DNA of 47,956 nucleotides from Staphylococcus epidermidis (GTDB lineage Bacteria > Bacillota_I > Bacilli_A > RFN20 > CAG-826), in the NCBI GenBank assembly GCA_945870555.1, contig CAMBSI010000004.1, forward strand, positions 1 to 47,956, written 5' to 3'. Under the pieces are notes generated by a model, which saw only the letters and a program-made list of their open reading frames with translations, made no database searches and was not told the DNA's origin. This document shows, one piece after another, positions 42,901 through 47,956 of the stretch (within the stretch, counting starts at the first letter, position 1; every line of letters starts with the position of its first letter). Made by a program: the position numbers and the translations under genes.

Positions 42901-44320
42901 TGCCCATGAAGCTACCAAACAACTCTTAGGCGATCACCAAGTTTATCGGGCTGGTACCATTGAAACCGTCGCAGAAAAAACAGCATATGGATACGTCAAA
43001 GGTTACTTCGAAGCCATTGGTGAAGATTTGACAACCTTAAAACAAGCAGAACTGACGTATCTTGCAAAAAAAGCAGAAGGGGTTCGTCGAACCTCCGGGC
43101 AACATCCTGGCGGGATTGTCGTGGTTCCTAAAGAGTTTAGCGTCTATGACTTTACCCCAATTCAACGTCCTGCTGACAACCAAGAAACCAGCATCATCAC
43201 AACCCATTTTGCATTTGATTCACTGCATGATTCGCTTTTAAAATTTGACATGTTAGGCCACGTGGATCCGATGGCATTAAAAATGAATGCGGATTTAACT
43301 GGCATCAAGATTGATGACATTCCTTTAAATGATCCGGACGCCTTAAGATGCTTTGCTTCCGATGATGTGTTAAAGCGAAAAGAAAACTATTTAGAAATGG
43401 TCAATGGAGCGATGGGTTTACCTGAGTTTGGAACGAATTTAGGGATGGATATTTTAAACGTCATCAATCCAAAAACCTTTAATGACTTGGTCATTATTTC
43501 AGGATTGGCGCACGGCACAGATGTCTTTAATGGTAATGCGCGAAACCTCATCACCGATAAAGTCGCCACCGTGGATGAAGTCATCGGCTGCCGAGATGAC
43601 ATCATGATGTATTTAATTTCCAAGGGTATTGATGCCTTGATTGCGTTTAAAATTATGGAAGATGTCCGTAAGGGAAAGAAACTAACCAAAGAATATACTG
43701 AATTGATGCGGTCAGTTAATGTTCCAGAGTTCTATATCGAATCTTGCAACAAAATTAAATATCTATTCCCGAAAGCCCACGCGGTCGCCTATGTGACGAT
43801 GGCAGTCCGGGTTGCTTATTTTAAAGTCCATCATCCACTCGCTTACTATGCAACTTATTTTAGTTTACGATCAAAACAATATGACTATGATTTGATGCGC
43901 GCATCAAGTAAAGAAATCTACCAACAATTACAACGATTCAAACGGCAAAAGAATGAATTAAAGAAGAAGTTATCTCCAAAAGAAGCAGATTTAGAAGTCA
44001 CCTTGATGAATGTTTTAGAAATGAAAGAACGCGGATATGAGATTTTACCTCTAGACATCGATAAATCACAAGCAGAAACTTTTTTGATTGATGAAGACCG
44101 TCGCGGTTTAATTCCTCCGTTTACAATTGTGGATGGAGTAGGTTCAAACGCTGCACAGTCAATCATGCTTGCAAGAAAAGAACGAAAGTTTGTCAGTGCA
44201 AAAGATCTTGGCAATCGTACAAAATTATCGACCACCAACATCGAAAAATTAAAAAATCTAGGGGCGCTTAAGTCGATGGAAGAAGAAGAATCGGTTTCTT
44301 TGTTTTCATTTGCCGATTAA
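39938..44320 (+). CDS. polC: DNA polymerase III alpha, PolC type
   Basis: PHP ELHLHTKMS-MDG, exonuclease VFDLETTG, GSRGSVGSS, Zn finger, VPDIDLNF and YLFPKAHA. Confidence 0.98.
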   Translation: MQEKMVRFLQTLGIDDADAFDLQFEAVTKHPFNPQQWDMVITKDHPWTFSQLEPFLKGIALLNYPTSFTFTYREAPTLENILNLFLEWHLHHYREPFGRLPMVNGQTIRLTYPDQEAFEQDKPKWTAFNDILLFIQYPLVFKHIITKAKPKIDQEKVDHLQEQVKAVIESRQDQEDQDIFVREHLQRIKEAEAQLALSYEQGVKQQVNVEAKKKLRQKGDYVPTALKDIKLNSGHVEIVGTIYNMFRREFNGNLVIRFVLAEGDHAILASISDRDADIDEQLAQSLNDGDRVRLRGGIALDQINQEPRLFAKECVKLPPLPLREDLHTRKRVELHLHTKMSTMDGVGDIDAYCALAKHMGHTALAITDHGVVQGFPEAQAAAKKHGIKMIYGGELYMIDETIAHIMNPANVSLKDTDYVVFDLETTGLSSRYDRIIEIGAIRIKKGEVVDRLSLLIHPKDVDISATASEVSGITMAMLKGQPTFEDVKTKIQSFFANAIVVSHNAPFDMGFMVAAFTRLGVTFQPPVIDTLTLSRYLYPEANSHRLGALAKRLDVPFEEDKAHRAIYDAEVLVSIWDALRQKISTEHQILKHQDLNQLNQVNTLSKNLRNYHVTVLARNPKGLKALYELISLSHLDFFADVPRTPRHLILSHREHLLLGSACMNGEVFEVAKTGSREALEKVMGMYDFIEIQPLEQYDYLVHTGTLPSLSMVKTLLNEIITVAKSLNKKIVATGDCHYVNPDDHLIRDVYIFAKGLKGVNHPMNPYFRKDLPKFENPRQHFRSTDEMLKAFDWLPKEDAERMVIDEPLAIASMIQPMEPIQAVLRTPKIDGADQMLKDICYAQAHRQYGKTLPAFIQERLDTELNGIIKSGYSVIYYITSKIIAEANQKGFIVGSRGSVGSSFAATMAGITEVNPLPPHYYCPQCQHVEFTNNPTIKSGFDLPISLCPQCGHLLKGDGQNIPFATFLGFNANKVPDIDLNFPRDYQSLAHEATKQLLGDHQVYRAGTIETVAEKTAYGYVKGYFEAIGEDLTTLKQAELTYLAKKAEGVRRTSGQHPGGIVVVPKEFSVYDFTPIQRPADNQETSIITTHFAFDSLHDSLLKFDMLGHVDPMALKMNADLTGIKIDDIPLNDPDALRCFASDDVLKRKENYLEMVNGAMGLPEFGTNLGMDILNVINPKTFNDLVIISGLAHGTDVFNGNARNLITDKVATVDEVIGCRDDIMMYLISKGIDALIAFKIMEDVRKGKKLTKEYTELMRSVNVPEFYIESCNKIKYLFPKAHAVAYVTMAVRVAYFKVHHPLAYYATYFSLRSKQYDYDLMRASSKEIYQQLQRFKRQKNELKKKLSPKEADLEVTLMNVLEMKERGYEILPLDIDKSQAETFLIDEDRRGLIPPFTIVDGVGSNAAQSIMLARKERKFVSAKDLGNRTKLSTTNIEKLKNLGALKSMEEEESVSLFSFAD

Positions 44321-44340
44321 ATAGGTAAAATAGATTGACT

Positions 44341-44417
44341 CGGGATGTGGCGTAGCTTGGTAGCGCGCTTGGTTCGGGACCAAGAGGTCGTGGGTTCGAA
44401 TCCCATCATCCCGACCA
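44341..44417 (+). tRNA. tRNA-Pro(CGG)
   Basis: Acceptor CGGGATG/CATCCCG, anticodon arm CTTGG-TTCGGGA-CCAAG, TTCGAAT T-loop and encoded CCA. Confidence 0.97.
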
Positions 44418-44425
44418 TGATACAT

Positions 44426-44450
44426 AAGGTGACAAGTTCACCTTTTTTTT
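44426..44450 (+). terminator. Terminator after tRNA-Pro
   Basis: AAGGTGA-caagt-TCACC followed by 8 T. Confidence 0.8.
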
Positions 44451-44493
44451 ATGGCGTCGATAAAAAATCGTTATAATGGATTCGGTAAAGTAT

Positions 44494-45774
44494 ATGGAAA
44501 TCATCGTTCCTCTAACATTAATCTTGATGACAATGAGTTTGCTCTGGTTTCCCCAATGGCATGTATTTGGGAAACGGTGGCAATCCTATTGGATCGTTGC
44601 CCTTCTTGGAGCATTACTTACTTGGATTGCTTCCGGCATGAATGTAACATTTTTATTTGAAGCTTGGTCTGGAGATGGCGCGATGAATCCGTTAAGGATT
44701 TTAAGTTTGTTTTTTGCCTTTACGGTTCTTGCCATTTTTCTTGATGAAGTTGGTTTCATTAAATATTTAGCTTACCTAGCGCTTTCTAAAGCTGGAACTT
44801 CTCAATCAAAGCTTTTCTTGGTTTGGTTTTTGATCGTCGCGGTTGCCACGACCTTAACGGCAAACGATATTGTGGTTTTAACCTTGACGCCATTCATCAT
44901 TTATTTATCAAGACACGCAAAGATTTCCCCTATTCCGTATTTGGTTTCCCAATTTGTCTCGGCGAATACGTGGAGCATGTTATTGATGATCGGAAATCCG
45001 ACGAACATTTATTTAGCAAGTATGTTCAATATTGATTTTTTATCCTACATCCAAATCATGTTGATTCCGACAATGGTCACAGGCATCGTGAGTTATGGGC
45101 TTTTGTATTTCATCTTTCGAGGGTTTCTACGTCAACCGATTTCAAAACCAACGATGATGATTCATCCACCCAAGCCAAGTTATCGCTTAGGGGTAATCAT
45201 GTTGTTGGTTGCAATTGGTTTCATGACCATTGCCCAATGGATTGGCATTGGCATGGATGTCTTAACGGTTGCAAGTGCCCTTGGTTTAATCATTTTGGTG
45301 CAAATTCGGTATCCAAAAACCGACCACATTCGTTCCACAATTAAGCGTTTACCCTACGTCATGATTCCGTTTTTCTTGAGTATGGCAGTCCTTGTTCAAG
45401 GGATGAACCAACTTGGTTGGTCAGAGACTTTTGCAACGTTCCTGAAAGCATATCCCCCCGTGTATAGTTTTGGGATTGGAAGTTTTTTGACGAGTAATGT
45501 GATCAACAATATTCCCATGAGTTTATGGTTTGCAAATCTCATCACAACGATTGAACCTGGACATGCACAAATCCAAGCAATTTATGCGTCAATTATTGGT
45601 TCAAATCTTGGCGCATTATTAACCCCAATTGGTGCACTAGCGGGTTTGATGTGGATGAGTATTCTGAAGGAAAAACAAGTCAATTTTACGTTTCTGACAT
45701 TTCTTAAATACGGCCTAATGATTTCTCCGATTTTAATGGTGATTGCTTTATGGATGTTGGATGTAATTTCTTGA
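44494..45774 (+). CDS. ArsB/NhaD-superfamily anion permease
   Basis: Multiple TM segments, ND---L-LTP, IGNPTNI, SN--NNIP and IGSNLG--LTP-G-LA-LMW. Start 44494 preferred because ATG 44476 overlaps a TATAAT. Confidence 0.85.
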   Translation: MEIIVPLTLILMTMSLLWFPQWHVFGKRWQSYWIVALLGALLTWIASGMNVTFLFEAWSGDGAMNPLRILSLFFAFTVLAIFLDEVGFIKYLAYLALSKAGTSQSKLFLVWFLIVAVATTLTANDIVVLTLTPFIIYLSRHAKISPIPYLVSQFVSANTWSMLLMIGNPTNIYLASMFNIDFLSYIQIMLIPTMVTGIVSYGLLYFIFRGFLRQPISKPTMMIHPPKPSYRLGVIMLLVAIGFMTIAQWIGIGMDVLTVASALGLIILVQIRYPKTDHIRSTIKRLPYVMIPFFLSMAVLVQGMNQLGWSETFATFLKAYPPVYSFGIGSFLTSNVINNIPMSLWFANLITTIEPGHAQIQAIYASIIGSNLGALLTPIGALAGLMWMSILKEKQVNFTFLTFLKYGLMISPILMVIALWMLDVIS

Positions 45775-45798
45775 TAAAATTGCTAAAATAGAGTCAAT

Positions 45799-45874
45799 GC
45801 GGTTGTAACTCAGTGGATAGAGTATCTCACTCCTAAGGAGAAAGTCGGACGTTCGAATCGTCTCAACCGCGCCA
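45799..45874 (+). tRNA. tRNA-Arg(CCT)
   Basis: Acceptor GCGGTTG/CAACCGC, D-loop GGATA, anticodon loop CTCCTAA and encoded CCA. A31-G39 mismatch. Confidence 0.93.
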
Positions 45875-45986
45875 ATTCAAAAACATCATGGACTCTTTTA
45901 AACCCATCATGGTCTATTTAAAATGGTAAGTTTGTTTAGAATAATTGAATTATGCGTGATTCTTTGTTAAAGTGTAAAAGCAATTT

Positions 45987-46062
45987 GGGGCTGTAGCTCA
46001 GCTGGGAGAGCGCCTCCATGGCATGGAGGAGGTCGCGAGTTCGATCCTCGTCAGCTCCACCA
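45987..46062 (+). tRNA. tRNA-Ala(GGC)
   Basis: GGGGCTG/CAGCTCC with G3-U70, CCTCC-ATGGCAT-GGAGG (A32-U38) and encoded CCA. Confidence 0.97.
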
Positions 46063-46072
46063 AAATGCATGT

Positions 46073-46101
46073 AAAAACCCTTCTTTTAGAAGGGTTTTTT
46101 T
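46073..46101. terminator. Bidirectional terminator between tRNA-Ala and the AKR gene
   Basis: AAAAACCCTTCT-ttt-AGAAGGGTTTTTTT between convergent genes. Confidence 0.85.
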
Positions 46102-46103
46102 AT

Positions 46104-46931
46104 TTAGCGATAATCGAGGTTTTCTAGCATCAGTAACTGTTTGACATCTGATGGATCCAGTTTAAAGTCCAATTGACCATTTTCAATAATCCTGGTTGGA
46201 TGGGTAGATTTCGGTAAGGTAATCGCGCCTAGTTCAATCGTGAAACGAATTGCAATTTGGGCTGGGGTTTTACCATATTTCTTTGCCAACACATTCAGTT
46301 GCTCTAATTTAAAGATTCTCCCAGTTGCAAGCGGAGAATATGCTTCAATCGCAATGGCTTTACTTTGGCAAAAGGCCCGTAATTCTTTTTGAGGGCGACC
46401 AATCCAAAGTGGGATTTGGTTGACATGGGGAAGCACATCAATGCCCTTAAACAGTTTTTCTAAATGATGGATTTCAAAATTAGAAACCCCGATCGAACGA
46501 ATTTTCTTTTCTCGGTACAAGACTTCCATCGCTTTCCATGCTGCAATATTACCTTGGCTATAATCTGGATTACTTTGCCATTCACTCCAAGGCCAAGGAG
46601 CATGAATTAAATACAAATCGATATAGTCAACACCAAGCCGTTTTCGGGATTGTTCAAATTCGATGAACGTTTGTTCGTAGTTTTTTAAATGCGAATGTAG
46701 TTTCGTTGTAATGAAAATATCTTTTCTTGGAATCCCTGAATCTTTAATGGCCCGACCAACCGAACCTTCGTTACCATAGGCCGCCGCCGTATCAATATGG
46801 CGATAACCTGCGGTTAAGGCTGCAAGGGTGGATGCATACGCTTCTTCGCCTTCCTTAATCTGCCACGTACCAAATCCAAGTAAAGGAATCACAATGCCAT
46901 TGCTTAACTTGATTGAATTCTTTAGTATCAT
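46104..46931 (-). CDS. Aldo/keto reductase (DkgA/YvgN-like)
   Basis: GFGTW, GYRHIDTAAAYGNE, ITTK, DLYLIH-P, IGVSNF, AYSPL and PKS. AAGGAG SD. Confidence 0.95.
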   Translation of the reverse strand: MILKNSIKLSNGIVIPLLGFGTWQIKEGEEAYASTLAALTAGYRHIDTAAAYGNEGSVGRAIKDSGIPRKDIFITTKLHSHLKNYEQTFIEFEQSRKRLGVDYIDLYLIHAPWPWSEWQSNPDYSQGNIAAWKAMEVLYREKKIRSIGVSNFEIHHLEKLFKGIDVLPHVNQIPLWIGRPQKELRAFCQSKAIAIEAYSPLATGRIFKLEQLNVLAKKYGKTPAQIAIRFTIELGAITLPKSTHPTRIIENGQLDFKLDPSDVKQLLMLENLDYR

Positions 46932-47032
46932 GCATTTACTCCTTAGCTTAATTATAGTCCAAAAGAAAAAGCATCCATACGAAAATAAGTTTGAAATTCG
47001 TTATAATTATCCTGTAAAGGAAATCAATATTT

Positions 47033-47530
47033 ATGAAAACCATTATTTTAGCAGGTGGATGTTTTTGGGGAGTTGAGGCTTACTATAAAAAACTCAAAGG
47101 GGTTTTAAATACACAAGTGGGTTATGCGAATGGGAATTATCCGAATCCAACCTATGAAGAAATTTGTGATGAAAAAGCGACGCATGCTGAAGCCGTTTAT
47201 GTTCAATATGATGAAAAAATCATCACTTTAGATAAGTTATTGGAACATCTATTTCGCATGATTGATCCCACCAGCGTGAACAAGCAAGGCCATGATGAAG
47301 GCATACAATATCGAACTGGCGTTTATTTTGAAGACAAAAAAGATGAACTCATCGCCAAGCAATATATTAAAAAAAGACAAGTTGAATATAAAAAGCCAAT
47401 CGCCTTAGAAATTCAACCACTTAGAGGTTTTTATGATGCAGAAACCTATCATCAAGACTACTTAGATAAAAACCCAAAAGGCTATTGCCATGTTGATTTT
47501 CGTGTCTTAAGAAAAGAAGAAATGAAATAA
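47033..47530 (+). CDS. msrA: Peptide methionine-(S)-sulfoxide reductase
   Basis: AGGCFWG, GYANG, HAEAV, QYRTG, AE-YHQDYL and GYCH. Confidence 0.97.
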   Translation: MKTIILAGGCFWGVEAYYKKLKGVLNTQVGYANGNYPNPTYEEICDEKATHAEAVYVQYDEKIITLDKLLEHLFRMIDPTSVNKQGHDEGIQYRTGVYFEDKKDELIAKQYIKKRQVEYKKPIALEIQPLRGFYDAETYHQDYLDKNPKGYCHVDFRVLRKEEMK

Positions 47531-47956
47531 ATGAATAAACTGAGCGAATACCAATCAGTAATTTTGGCTGCAAAAGGCTTGATGGAAGGAAAACAACAGC
47601 CGGTTTCTTTATATGCAAACCTATCAGCTTTATTAAAACAAACGTTAAGTGATGTCTCTTGGGTTGGCTTTTACTTATTTGACGGTTCAGCTTTATATTT
47701 AGGACCGTTCCAAGGTAAAGTAGCATGCGTTGATATCACCCTTGATCGCGGTGTCTGTGGTAAATCCGCTCGTGATCGCCAAACCGTGGTGGTCCCAGAT
47801 GTTCATAAATTCCCTGGTCATATTGCATGTGATGAAGGCAGCAATAGTGAAATTGTCGTCCCCATTATTAAGAATAAAGAACTCATTGGTGTACTTGATA
47901 TCGATAGTTATCAATTTTCTCGATTTGATGACACTGATAAAAAACAACTCGAACTA
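47531..47956 (+). CDS. msrC: GAF-domain free methionine-(R)-sulfoxide reductase (partial, runs off the window)
   Basis: Own translation from ATG 47531 gives ANLSALL...WVGFY...LGPFQGKVAC...GVCG...VPDVHKFPGHIACD...SEIVVP...GVLDIDS. It is missing from the ORF track because there is no stop in the window. Confidence 0.93.
   Translation, partial: MNKLSEYQSVILAAKGLMEGKQQPVSLYANLSALLKQTLSDVSWVGFYLFDGSALYLGPFQGKVACVDITLDRGVCGKSARDRQTVVVPDVHKFPGHIACDEGSNSEIVVPIIKNKELIGVLDIDSYQFSRFDDTDKKQLEL

Noticed and set aside
39938-44320. Intein or unusual insertion in PolC
   Set aside because: The length (1460 aa) and domain order are normal for PolC, and no intein termini were seen.
45881-45923. CATCATGG direct repeat after tRNA-Arg as an att-site remnant
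   Set aside because: Only about 8 bp match the tRNA-Pro 3' region, there is no integrase, and it is too short to support.
47421-47947. Minus-strand ORFs of 101 aa and 82 aa at the window end
   Set aside because: They are shadows of msrA and the plus-strand msrC.

Overview
This window is mostly core chromosome of an AT-rich Bacilli (Bacillota) bacterium. The 16S signatures, short 5S and truncated DprA suggest the Erysipelotrichales/Mollicutes neighbourhood (RFN20/RF39/Izemoplasmatales-like; inference, not a database result). TGA is used as stop, so the genetic code is 11. Order: 3' end of probable lgt, ppaX-like HAD, trxB-like, rapZ, whiA, XRE HTH, gap-pgk-tpiA, BI-1 membrane protein, a tRNA-free 16S-23S-5S operon, asp23-fakA, a divergent GT2 / O-antigen-ligase-like pair, recG, plsX, rnc, a small membrane protein, ylxM, an inverted block (GH53 lipoprotein, rpsP-khpA-rimM-trmD-uppP), rplS-lepB-rbgA-rnhB-dprA-topA-xerC, rpsB-tsf-pyrH-frr-uppS-cdsA-rseP-polC, three tRNAs around an ArsB-family permease, an aldo/keto reductase, msrA and a partial msrC. 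No CRISPR, prophage, IS or defence system was seen, and no clear new multi-gene system is supported. The most unusual signals concern translation: uS2 with a ~200-aa tail holding ten 10-aa tandem repeats, at least six genes with TATAAT 6-7 nt before the start codon (probable leaderless mRNAs), and 16S substitutions at P-site positions including C1400U. Also notable are ylxM without ftsY/ffh/smc beside it and a TrxB homologue that has lost its NADPH-binding motifs.
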